A DNA stretch of 64,000 nucleotides, from the NCBI GenBank assembly GCA_964106645.2, contig OZ067039.1; one strand, written 5' to 3'. The position numbers were made by a program, and so were the translations under genes. Shown here one piece after another: positions 24,039 to 34,734 of this stretch (position 1 is the stretch's first letter; every line of letters starts with the position of its first letter). The notes below the pieces were generated by a model. That model saw only the letters and a list, made by a program, of their open reading frames with translations, did not search any database and had not been told where the DNA came from. The stretch is from Podarcis pityusensis. Taxonomy: Eukaryota.

Positions 24039-27000
24039 CTGCCACTATTTCCACCATCACCCTATTTCCACATTCTATCCTGGAATGTGGCGGGATGGCT
24101 ATCTAAGCAGGGTGACGTCGACCTTCTGGATTTCCTTACAAAATTTCAGATTTTATGTCTACAGGAGACATGGTGTCTAGATCTCCATGTCCCCTCTTTA
24201 CAGGGATACGAAGCCTTTGCTACCCCTGCGATAAAACCAAATTCCCGAGGCCGACCTAGTGGTGGTTTAGTCACTTTTGTTTCTACCAAGCTAAAGTGCA
24301 AGGCCCGGCAACAGCAGTGGGTGAAGAGTAACAATGTACAAATCTTACTTATTTCTAGCAGTGAAGGAGGAGATTTCCTTTGCTTTAATATATATATCCC
24401 TCCCATAGGCACCCCTCCCCAGTCGTCACAAATCTGGGAAGATTTAGAGCTATGTTTGGAGAAGGCTGAACTAGAACTCCCTGGCATGGATATCCTGCTG
24501 GCAGGTGATTTCAACGCCAGGATAGGAAATGACATTAATACATACTGCTCTAAATCTCAGTTCCTGCCAGAGGCAGATTGGTTTATTCCCTGGTCCTCTG
24601 ACGATAAGGTCTTGAATAAGGCAGGCATTACATTAATGGAGACTGCCTTCAAACATAATTTGTATAATTTGCATGGTACCCATATGGACAGGTCAGGGGG
24701 TTTCTTTTCTTTTCTTGGACCTAGAGGTGCGAGCGTTATTGATTATATCCTGGTCTCCCCAAAACTCTTGGAGAGGTCACAGGGCTTCAGGACTTTCAAT
24801 AGAATTGAGAGTGATCATCTTCCTATATCAATTTCACTAATTCCCCGTGGTTTGGAGGATCCGCAATACCGCAATCACTGTGCAGACCCACCTCCAACTC
24901 TGGCCCTTCGTAGGCGTAAATGGAACAGCGACCTGGAATCTAAAATCAAACTACACCTGCATTCATCAGACTTACTGGCCTTGAGAGACCAGTGTATCTC
25001 ATCTATTTCTGACCCCTTTTCAACATTTCAGCAGGTCTCAGAGTCGCTCTTCCCACTACTCACGAATTCCAACCCTCCCAAAAAACAAAACAACTTGAGG
25101 GCCTGGTTCGACAAAGACTGTAGGAATCTAAGATCTTTGCTTAGGAAATTACAAAATAAGGTAAAACAGGAAGGGACCCTGTCCTCATTGGAAAACCTGC
25201 ACAGGTGGCGTTCTCATTATAAAAATACTCTAAAATTTAAGAAATCCCTCTACAGAAAGGAACAATGGGAGGCACTTGACAAAGCGATCAAATTGCGGGA
25301 CGACAAAAAGTTCTCGGAAATAATTGCTCAGGGAGTTTCACCCAAAGGGAAAATTGTAACCAACAGTATTTCATCTAACTTATGGTACCAACATTTTTCC
25401 CGGCTATATACAGCTCCAAACATTGCTAAACCGAGCCAGTTCCCTCCTCTTAAAAACGATCTATTAACGGGCTGGGATCCTGTTACCGAATCAGAATGTT
25501 TACAGCTAATTAAAACACTCAAGAATGGCAAAGCTCCCGGTGAGGATATGATTCCTCCTGAGGTGTTTAAACTAAATGCCCAGTGGTGGGCTGCTTTTTT
25601 GGCCCAACTTTTTACGGTAATAAATGATATATGCAAAATCCCAGAAAACTGGAAACTGAGCCTGGTAGCCCCCATCTATAAGAAGGGAGACCCCCAAGAC
25701 CCCTCAAACTATCGCCCCATAAGTCTCCTGGACATTGTGTATAAACTTTATACTCGCTACCTGCTAAATAAACTGGTTGACTGGGCTGACCACTCTAACC
25801 TGCTTAATCCGGAACAGGCAGGGTTTAGAAAGGGCCATAGTACAACAGGCCATTGTTTGGTACTACAGACAATGATAGATAAGTATACAAAGGTACATAA
25901 GAGCAAACTTTTTGTGGCTTTTGTAGATCTCACATCCGCTTTTGATTCAATCTGTAGGGACAAATTATGGCAAAAACTATATGAAACAGATATTGATAGA
26001 CGACTTCTCAAAATACTTAGAGAGTTACATTCAGACACCACAGTTAAAATCAGAACTGGGATGTCAGGCAACTATACTGACCCACTGCCACTGGGGAAAG
26101 GGGTTAAACAGGGCTGTTTGTTAGCGCCGTTCCTCTTTAATTTCTATATAAATGACATTGTTCAACATATGGCAAAGTATAAGTCATCAGCTCCTGCCCT
26201 GGAAGGCAAACACCTGAATATATTATTATATGCTGATGACATGGCTGTCATGGCACTTACTCGAAGGGGCCTACATAGCATGCTGGAGGGGCTCGCAGCT
26301 TATTGTTCCCAAAACTCTCTAAAGATAAATTATGACAAAACAAAAATTGTGGTATTTACTAGAGCTCGCCACACATTTAGATGGTCTTTAGATGAACACA
26401 AAATTGAACAGTGTCTTTTTTTTAAATATCTTGGTATCACTTTCCAAGCTACATCTAGCTGGCTTGCCCACTTCAAGACTGTAGCCCTTCTAACACGTAG
26501 GACAATCGGTGCTCTGCTCAGCTTTTTTTATTCGAGGGGAGGGCAACTGGTGATCCCGGCACTAAAAGCTTTTGTTGGAAAAGTGATTCCCCAGATGCTA
26601 TATGGAGTAGAACTCTGGGGATGGAATCAGAAGCTGTTAGAACGGCTTGAAATCTTCCAAAATTTTTACCTCAGAAGAATTCTAGGCCTCCCTCAGAGTA
26701 CTCCGGCAGCTCTCCTAAGAGTGGAAGTAGGATTACCTTCTGTGTCTGCCAGGGCCCACTTAAGATTCCTGCGTTTTTTCACCAACCTCACAGATGCCCC
26801 GAACACCTTATTGGCTAAACAAGCCTTTGTATCATTACAAAATAATACTACTTGGCATAAAAACCTACTAGATATCCTATCCAGATACAATCTACCTGAG
26901 TTTAATACCCTCAAATTGTGGAGCCCTGATAAAGTTCGGGAATGGATCTTTGAAAAAGACGCCTTTTTGGACTCCACAAAGATAAAAAACTCTGGGTTTT

Positions 27001-27419
27001 CCTACTGGTTTCCCCGAGTAAAAGCAGTCAAAATCTGTGCCAACTACTTGGTGGAGATCACTGATCCCACCCTTCGGAGAGCTTTTACTATGGCACGGTT
27101 TCAAACACTGCCAACTGCATATCTGACCGGTAGATTCACAAAAACCCCAGTAGAACATCGTTTATGCCCTTGCCTTATGAAAATTAAAGAGGATCTTACA
27201 CATTACCTCCTCTATTGCCCCATCTACTCGGGCTTTAGAGACGCATTGCTGCAAATTATACCCAACTCTATAACCAATCCTGAAGATAGAGTAAAATTTT
27301 TGTTAGTCGATGCAAACCCACGTATTACCCATGTGGTAGCGGTTTTTGTGATGAAGGCCATGAAAGCCAGGGAAAGATTTATGTATGACAATGTAAAGAC
27401 CCCTTCATCGTCTGTTTAA
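24039..27419 (+). CDS. LINE ORF2: apurinic endonuclease, reverse transcriptase and C-terminal CCHC knuckle (no AUG start; frame open from 24039)
   Basis: EN motifs ILSWNVAG, CLQETW, GDFNAR, SVIDY, SDHLP; RT motifs NYRPISLL, QAGFR, FVDLTSAFDSI, GVKQGCLLAP, LLYADD, FKYLG; C-terminal CPC-x9-H-x4-C; no stops or frameshifts. Confidence 0.95.
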   Translation: MPLFPPSPYFHILSWNVAGWLSKQGDVDLLDFLTKFQILCLQETWCLDLHVPSLQGYEAFATPAIKPNSRGRPSGGLVTFVSTKLKCKARQQQWVKSNNVQILLISSSEGGDFLCFNIYIPPIGTPPQSSQIWEDLELCLEKAELELPGMDILLAGDFNARIGNDINTYCSKSQFLPEADWFIPWSSDDKVLNKAGITLMETAFKHNLYNLHGTHMDRSGGFFSFLGPRGASVIDYILVSPKLLERSQGFRTFNRIESDHLPISISLIPRGLEDPQYRNHCADPPPTLALRRRKWNSDLESKIKLHLHSSDLLALRDQCISSISDPFSTFQQVSESLFPLLTNSNPPKKQNNLRAWFDKDCRNLRSLLRKLQNKVKQEGTLSSLENLHRWRSHYKNTLKFKKSLYRKEQWEALDKAIKLRDDKKFSEIIAQGVSPKGKIVTNSISSNLWYQHFSRLYTAPNIAKPSQFPPLKNDLLTGWDPVTESECLQLIKTLKNGKAPGEDMIPPEVFKLNAQWWAAFLAQLFTVINDICKIPENWKLSLVAPIYKKGDPQDPSNYRPISLLDIVYKLYTRYLLNKLVDWADHSNLLNPEQAGFRKGHSTTGHCLVLQTMIDKYTKVHKSKLFVAFVDLTSAFDSICRDKLWQKLYETDIDRRLLKILRELHSDTTVKIRTGMSGNYTDPLPLGKGVKQGCLLAPFLFNFYINDIVQHMAKYKSSAPALEGKHLNILLYADDMAVMALTRRGLHSMLEGLAAYCSQNSLKINYDKTKIVVFTRARHTFRWSLDEHKIEQCLFFKYLGITFQATSSWLAHFKTVALLTRRTIGALLSFFYSRGGQLVIPALKAFVGKVIPQMLYGVELWGWNQKLLERLEIFQNFYLRRILGLPQSTPAALLRVEVGLPSVSARAHLRFLRFFTNLTDAPNTLLAKQAFVSLQNNTTWHKNLLDILSRYNLPEFNTLKLWSPDKVREWIFEKDAFLDSTKIKNSGFSYWFPRVKAVKICANYLVEITDPTLRRAFTMARFQTLPTAYLTGRFTKTPVEHRLCPCLMKIKEDLTHYLLYCPIYSGFRDALLQIIPNSITNPEDRVKFLLVDANPRITHVVAVFVMKAMKARERFMYDNVKTPSSSV

Positions 27420-28039
27420 CTCGTTGCTTGTTTTCCCTCTCTTTCTATTTTGTGGGATGAAGGTTTTGTTGGCGTAGTATGTAATGAATTTTAATATTTT
27501 TTAACTATTGTTGTGTTGATGTTTGTGTACAGGCATGGTCCTCACAATAAACGGATTTGATTTGATTTGATTTTGACTAGGAAATAAAGGTAAGTATAAA
27601 ACCCATTTTGTGTTTTATTTTCCCCTTTAAGCAATGCTAGTAATGCGTGAACGAAGAAGAATGGATGTTGAGACTGAGTCATTCCAGGCAGCTCCAACTT
27701 CTGATTGTGAAAAATAATAACACAACCTCTTGGCCAGCTCCATTTTAATGGTAAGCAAATCGTACACCCATGTTGCAGGGAAGCATGGCGATGGGTTTTA
27801 TTCTAAAGTTAAAATACTTAAATGTAGAGGGAAATGGCCCTGCAAAAGTGTGGGTTAATATCTTACGTAGATTTCCATGCACACTGTATCAACTAGGCAT
27901 AACTGGGAGTTCCCCTGTTTCTTTCTAGTATTGTTTTATGAGGTCATTTTGCTCCGTGTTCTGTGCTACTGCCTTCCAGTTTAACTTGGAGAATTTCTAA
28001 AATTTATTTCAGAATCGACGTGCATGCATCATTTGCTGC

Positions 28040-28240
28040 AGTTTTCAGATCATTCCTTTTTCTTATGCCTTACCAGTGCCCACCAGTGCCCACAGATTAA
28101 ATCACAACACAAAATGGCAAATTAATATAACAGCTCAATTCTGTTACACACAGTGGTTTTAATTGTGGCGAAGATGCACTGGTATGCACTGGTAACCTGT
28201 AAGAAACAAAACTTTCAGCAAAATGAAAGCTGTGGCAAAG
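28040..28240. repeat. Degenerate palindromic element (possible old MITE)
   Basis: TTACCAGTGCCCACCAGTGC mirrored by GCACTGGTATGCACTGGTAA; ATTAAATCAC mirrored by GTGGTTTTAAT. Confidence 0.45.
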
Positions 28241-29499
28241 TCGCATGAAAAACTCCAGAATTTATTTATTTTTAAAGTAGGAATGGTGGATTGTTAGCAT
28301 ATTGATGTTGCACAAAGCAGGACTGTGCACTTCAGGAACCTCATAGTTCAGATTGTTCCACCTCAGTTGCATGTGGACACGGTCATCATGGTGATGTTTT
28401 CTCCCACATAATTGCATTTGTGTGTTGGGGAGGGGGAACTACTGTGGAGGAAGCAGAAAGGTGGTTCAAATTTTAGATGTAGGTTATCATGAGATAACAT
28501 GGAAAATGCGATCCCATTAATGCACCATCTACGGTGCCAGAATTGAATGTTCAGGCTCATGTGGATCTTTTGCAATCTCAATCATTAATTTTCATGCAGA
28601 ATAGGATTTACCATGCCAGATAGACAATTACGGAGAGATGCTTTGTTGTAGGAGGCATATCGGCAGATTGAGGTGGAATAAATTTATGCAGCAAAAGCAT
28701 TACTCCCACCTTAAAGATGGAAATGAAGGGGTCGTATTGGAGAACATTATTACTTGTACAAGTAAAGAAAACTGCTTTGTTACTCATGGATACATCAGTT
28801 ACTTTAACCATATACATGAAGAAAACTATGTGTGGTATTTCAGGTGTATATAATTTCCATACTAATTCTTCTTGAACTCCAGAGAACCATACAATGGAAG
28901 GTATTTTTATTATGCTTTTGACAGTGCGAATGCACTTATATTGCACAGAGTGCAGCAATAACTATGCCTACGAAATTGCATATAATGTTTGCAATGCCTG
29001 ATGTAACGGAGAGATAATTATAGTACTCCCAGAATGTGACAGGTGTCAGGAACGAAAAGTGTTCTCTCTCACTCACTTAAATCTATGGGAGACAACATAT
29101 GCATTGAAATGCAGGCACATTATGCCGGAATCATAGTCTCCAACACTTAGAAATTAGTTTCAGTGAAATTTCCCTATTTTACCAAACACCGGAGTGTGAT
29201 CAGCCACCATAACCTTGGGGCATGTCAATTTGTGCCTATCAGATTCATAGCAAGAACACAGAATGTTTCCTACTAACAAAACTCCCATCTCTTTAGAAGC
29301 ATAAGCTCACAGTTCTGTTTTCAATGGTTAGTTGCATGCCTGTTCAGCCTCTCTGGCACATACGCCAGATGGAGCCAGTGGAGCACCTTCAAAAGGCCAT
29401 GGCTATGGATCTCCTGCAGCTCATGTCCTCCTTTTCCATAGTTTACCATGCCCTATAAAGCATTTCACATCTGCCCTCTGCATCACTCTGATGGTCTGC

Positions 29500-29610
29500 T
29501 GTTAGGTCTGGGAAAGGCTCCTCCTGCCTGAAAACTTGGACAGCTACTGTCAGTAGACAACACTTGAGTTAGATGGGCCAACAACCTGATTTGATATATG
29601 GCAGCTCCCA
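29500..29610 (+). mobile_element. Squam3-like SINE 3' fragment
   Basis: Similar to the 3' half of the SINE at 53322-53523. Confidence 0.55.
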
Positions 29611-29842
29611 GGGACTAGGCAGGAGTCATTTCTGCTGACCTCCCACCCTGTGCAACCTGATCCAGCCTATCATATTCCCATGCAACATACCACTTGTGTC
29701 ATATGAGTTCTATATTCTTACGTTGCCAATGTTGGTAGAGGATGAGAGCATTGGAGGAACGTCGGCCACAAATGTGGAAAAGTTGGTTGTGGGAAACCTA
29801 TTCATTTAGCTTCCCTGGGGACTCTCTCAGAGTGCTCTAAGC

Positions 29843-30266
29843 CAGAGGTGGCCAACTCCCAAGAGACTGTGATCTACTTACCAAATTAAAAACTGGCAGT
29901 GATCTACCCCTGTTTTGGGGGGGTTCAGGTCACAGGTTTTTTTTTAGGGAGGAGAAAAGCCCTGGTTTTTTTGGGTACAAGAAAAAGTTGTTTAGCTTTT
30001 TTTAGGGAGGAAGAAAGCCCTGTTTTTAAGGGTTCTGGAGGAGAAAAAGAAACAGCCACTCAATAACAAATTCCTGGGGAAACAAACAGCCTCACTGAGT
30101 AAACTCCGTCTTCCGTTCTGACGATACTGCAACAATGGAGGGCGGGGCAAGGGGGCAGGGCCTGATTCAATTTTACCAACGCTAAGGAAAGGGACCCAGC
30201 GATCGACTGCGATCTACCAAAACCTCCCGGGGATCTACCAGTAGTTCGACCTGTTGGACATCCCTG
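29843..30266. mobile_element. hAT (Charlie-like) non-autonomous DNA transposon
   Basis: TIRs CAGAGGTGGCCAAC / GTTGGACATCCCTG; perfect 8-bp TSD CTCTAAGC at 29835-29842 and 30267-30274; repeated GATCTAC subterminal motifs. Confidence 0.85.
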
Positions 30267-30594
30267 CTCTAAGCCTATCTTGCTCAGGAACAAACTAGGA
30301 AGGGAAAACTGTGTACTACTGAGAATTACTGCGAGACATCAGGCTTTCAGGAATCTCTAGTGCAGTGGTTATTGTTCAGTGTGCCACCCCACCCCATGGG
30401 GGGAGATTGCATAGGGGGCACAAAGAGGCAAGTGGGTGGCAGGGGGTACTGAGAAACAAGGGAGCAGCAGGGGGTGCTAGAGGTGTAAATGACTATGTGA
30501 CTTTGAAAAGCTAGTATCACTGGATCAGGTTCATAAATTTTGTTGAATTAAGCCAAATAACTGTATAAATGTGCAATCAGGTGCTTCTAAAAAT

Positions 30595-30727
30595 GACATC
30601 ACGCGCATGCGCGGAAGCAGCAAAACGCGACCCGTGCACATGCAGACGCGCCATTGCATCTTACGTTCCATTCAGGATGTGAACGGGGCTCCGGAACGGA
30701 TCCCGTTCGCATCCCGATGTACCACTG
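30595..30727. mobile_element. Tigger-like MITE, one arm only
   Basis: CpG-rich, ends GATGTACCACTG followed by TA; related to 38019-38268. Confidence 0.6.
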
Positions 30728-31616
30728 TATTCTGAATAATTTTAAATAGGGTAGAGTAGGGGCATTGGGGCTGAGTCTATGGAACCAAGGGGACAGTGTT
30801 TTAGTCCCAGTTTCCGCACCTCACCATGGCTTCTTCTACCTGAAAGGTTAGAGACGTTGCCTTGGCCTAGAAAAGTATTCTACTTTAGGCTTCAGGCCAC
30901 ATTCTAACTGGCTCAGAACGTCTGTTATTGTGGCTAGGAAGTAATCTTGGAGGGAGGCAACTCCTCCTGCCCTCTGCACAAGCCAGCCCTTTAATGAACT
31001 GCTTTCCCCCTGGCTTGCTATTTCCCTTCTGTTATGTTGTTCAAACATGACTGATATCATAAAAGAAATAAACCAAGTAGTATCGCAAAATGGACATAGA
31101 GCTCAAACTAACTTTTTTTCCTGTGGATCCAGGTAAGCAGTGTGGATGGCAAACACTTCAATCCCATCTCCTTCTCGGTGCTTTTGTAACCCTCTCAGGC
31201 ACTTTGTAAGCAGTGCCTTTCTGAAACAATGCCTTGGACAAACTGCTTAGAGAAGTGCAAACATTACTTCGCCCTCTTCCCAAAACAGCACTCCCCAAAC
31301 AGCACTGGAAGAAAAAGAAGCATAATGCTCTGAAAACAGAATGAGAGTACTGTATAATTTAAGCAAACCATTATTTTTGTTCAGTACTGGTGTCATTACA
31401 TCGCTTGGAGTCACTTGGCTTTCTCTTGTAGGGGAGGAGGTCTTTATATAAATTACTGGCCTTGGATCTTGCAACTTTAGTGATTTTTTTTGTCCCTTCC
31501 CTTCCCTTCCCTAGCTAGTCCCCTAGGCAGTTTTTAAGTCAGTGCCAGGAAGTAAATGTTTTAATAAAACCGAAGCTCATTAGGCCTGTTATAGGAAGCT
31601 GTCTTACATCATAAAA

Positions 31617-31761
31617 TTATAGAATCACAGAATTGTAGAGTTGGAAGGGCCTCAAGGGTCATCTAGTCCAACGCCCTGCAATACAGGAATCTCAGCTAAA
31701 GCAGCCATGACAGATCACCATCCAACCCCTGCTTAAAAAGCTCCAAGGAAGGAGAGCCCAC
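31617..31761 (-). mobile_element. CR1 LINE 3' end
   Basis: TAGAATCACAGAATTGTAGAGTTGGAAGGG...CATCTAGTCCAAC is the reverse complement of a CR1 tail. Confidence 0.8.
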
Positions 31762-33183
31762 ATAAACTAAGAGTAGTACATTGCAAAAGTATTAAGCAGT
31801 TTATCGGCGCTTTCAAATCAGTCAGGGAAATACTGTTTTAAACACCTTCAAATAAATAACTAAAAACAATGTGTAGAAGAACTGGGAAGGAAGCCTTGCA
31901 AACTCCAGGTCTTTTCACACCCACTTTGAGATCCTGCCCTCGGAGGGTGTATGTGACCACCTCTGCTTTCTGCTTTCTTTTGTTTCCTGCATTGGGCACC
32001 ACCTTTTTCGGAAGTGGGGCAGTGATATTCCATCTCTTTCTAAATAATTTAATCAATATGGAAATACAGTCAATTAAAAGATCACATTTCCCTTGCAGAA
32101 ACACACTTTTTAGCTACCCCTCCTGTAAACATTTTGTCTACACTGCTGGAAATCTATTATGACTTTTCTTTGTATTTTTTTGTAGCTCCAGAACGACTTT
32201 TCAGAAACTCTCTTCAGACATCCTCACTCCTGTGTGCAGCTGCTATCAGTGCTTGCCAGATAGCAGTTATTCATCAGTTTCACTTACCCCATCTTTCTGT
32301 AGCAATAGCTTTTGTTATCGGCAGATTTCTTTATTTTTATCTCTTCCCCCACATCCGTCCATCTTGTATGCACAGCAGTCTCTTTGATCTCTCCGATTTC
32401 CTTTGCTGGTGCAGGTATGTGGAAACGCCATCTGTGAAAATGTGTCACCTTCAGATCTGTCGACTACAATACTCTGTGTGTCTCGATGCCTCTAACATGT
32501 AGGGCATCAACAACGCTTGCCAGCATACGGCTGCCATTTTAATATGCTGCTCGTTTTGCCTTTTGGTATAACAGCAGCAGCAGCACAAATGCAATTGTCT
32601 CCTTTTCCTTTTAATTGCTTTCCGTGAATATTAATTAGGTCCTGAAGATGTAGATTGGTTGCTCTTGTTAGGGGAATCATCCATAACCAGAAAGCGTATA
32701 ATTTGACACTTCAGTATCTTTAAAAATGAAATGCTGCCTTTTATCAAAATTGTTTGTTTCCTAGACATCTACAGTTTGACCACCACATGGAACACCAACA
32801 TTTGCAGTAGCCATGAGAATAATGGCCTCTGCTGCTTTTACATCACAACCCTTTCCCCTAGCCCTGACATGCCCCTCCATTATTTCCTCTCAAAAGTAAA
32901 ATTCCACGTCTCTGTTCTTTCATACCCCTTGACCTGGTCTAGTGGACTTGGGTCTCCATAGGGAATAGACTGTGAATGATGGATTGTACTACTTTAGAGA
33001 GTGTGGGGGGGGTGGCACTTTTTGAATGATCCCCCCTGCAAGAACCCCCCTCCCCAAAAATCCACATCTGCTTTGCTACTTTTTAGGTATTGTTTTTCAC
33101 AGGGAACCGAACTTTTAAAAATTTAATCACCTACGAATGGGCAACCTGAAGTGGTACAGTCCATTTTAAGCACTGCATGTGTG

Positions 33184-33414
33184 GTTACAGGGAACCAGCC
33201 AGAGGGCCTTCTTTGTAGTGGCACCCACCCTGTGGAAAGCCCTCCCATCAGATGTCAAGGAAATAAACAACTATCTGACTTTTAGAAGACATCTGAAGGC
33301 AGCCCTGTTTAGGGAAGTTTTTAATGTTTGATGTTGTATCATGTTTTTATTATTCTGTTGGGAGCTGCCCATAGTGGCTGGGGAAACCCAGCCAGATGGG
33401 AGGGGTGTAAATAA

Positions 33415-33450
<36 letters not shown>
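33184..33450 (+). mobile_element. L2 3' fragment with (TTA)n tail
   Basis: Near-identical to 6160-6270 (GGTTACAGGGAACCAG...CCATCAGATGTCAAGGAAATAAACAACTATCTGAC). Confidence 0.85.
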
Positions 33451-33453
<3 letters not shown>

Positions 33454-34309
33454 CAATCTCTTTCCTTCTTTTCTGCTGGTCACTCCAGCCCCTGCTTGTA
33501 TTTATGCCCCAAACCAGTTTCCTCCTGTAGCTCCCCTTCTCCCATGACCTCTGGTCAGTCATGTTGCTCCTGCTTATCAGGAGGTACAGGGAAAGCAGAG
33601 AAGTGGCAAGGAGGCTGGCATGGTGAAAACACACTGGCAGGGGCACCCTATTAGCTCTGCTGAGGCATTTGCATTGCACCAACTTTGCTGCCACCTCACC
33701 CCTCTCCCCAGTGGTATGACCAAACAGAGGTCATGTGAGCAGTGGCGCCCTATCATGTGATCCACTACTGTTCTTACATTCTTTTTGTTCATAGCGGGGG
33801 GCAAACTGGATTTGAACTAGCCTGCCAAACCATTACCAGTGGCCTACCCACCCCCAATAAAATTGGGTGCTGCTTCTTTCCGTCTTGGTTCTGAATGACA
33901 GTAGAATTTTAAACTTCTCCTCTCAGCCTCAGCTTCACATTGGTTGATTTGAAGTTTTTTTGAATTATGTTGGGAAGTTAGCAATCGATTAGAGAAGATA
34001 ATCTCCTTGTTTTCCTACAACCATCTAAAAATTTGTTCCAGACTCCTTAACCATGGTCAAATCACTCCAACCGTCATTGTGACCCATCAAAACACTCTTT
34101 TTCAACATAACAATCATTTTACATAACACATTTTGAGGACATTGTGACCAGAATTGTGTCAGCAAATGTTAGCAAGCACCCATCACACTCACTCCAGTGG
34201 GTGCCCAGGTTTAATGGCAACTCAAGGAGCTTCCTAGAACCACTTTTCTTTGTTCATGGAAAGAGCTTTGCAAAATGTGGTGTCGAGAGTTTCCTTCAAA
34301 ACTCGAAAA

Positions 34310-34590
34310 TGATTTTCTATATCCATTTCAATTGGGGTTTATGCCCAATTTTGGCACAGAAATACCTTTGCATGATGACCTCTGTCGGGAGAGACCTGGG
34401 GGGATGTTTCTTTGTCCATTCTTCCCTGATCTCTCAGCAGCTTTTGATAGCATTGACCATGGTATCCTTCTGGAGCAGCTGTCTGAGTTAAGGAGTGGTA
34501 GCACCACTTTGTGGCGGCTCCATCCCTACTTGGATGGTCATTTCCCGAGGATATGTGCTTTTCAGCCCCATGAAGCATTCAGTGTGGGGT
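34310..34590 (+). mobile_element. Degraded L2 RT fragment
   Basis: Peptide YPFQLGFMPNFGTE...DLSAAFDSIDHGILL. Confidence 0.75.
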
Positions 34591-34683
34591 TCCTACTTTT
34601 CCCCTCCAATACTTTGTATTATATGAAGATAGCTGCACTTCACCAATGGGCTCCTACCCTCCCTACACCTTTGCAATTCAGTC

Positions 34684-34691
34684 ACACACAC

Positions 34692-34730
<39 letters not shown>
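34684..34730. repeat. (CA)n/(TA)n microsatellite
   Basis: Direct. Confidence 0.9.

Positions 34731-34734
<4 letters not shown>

Larger units (their letters stand above)
22316..27573 (+). mobile_element. Full-length, apparently intact non-LTR retrotransposon (APE-EN + RT LINE, most like RTE-X)
   Basis: 13-bp TSD TGACTAGGAAATA at 22303-22315 and 27574-27586; 271-nt 5'UTR; two long ORFs; AATAAA at 27546-27551; (GATTT)4 tail at 27554-27573. The clade is inferred from the WFDKDC motif, C-terminal CCHC and microsatellite tail, not from a tree. Confidence 0.93.

Noticed and set aside
24087-24089. GTG at 24087 as the true ORF2 start (as in the ORF track)
   Set aside because: It lies inside endonuclease motif I (ILSWN-V-AG); starting there would drop the conserved Trp-Asn, and the frame is open back to 24039.
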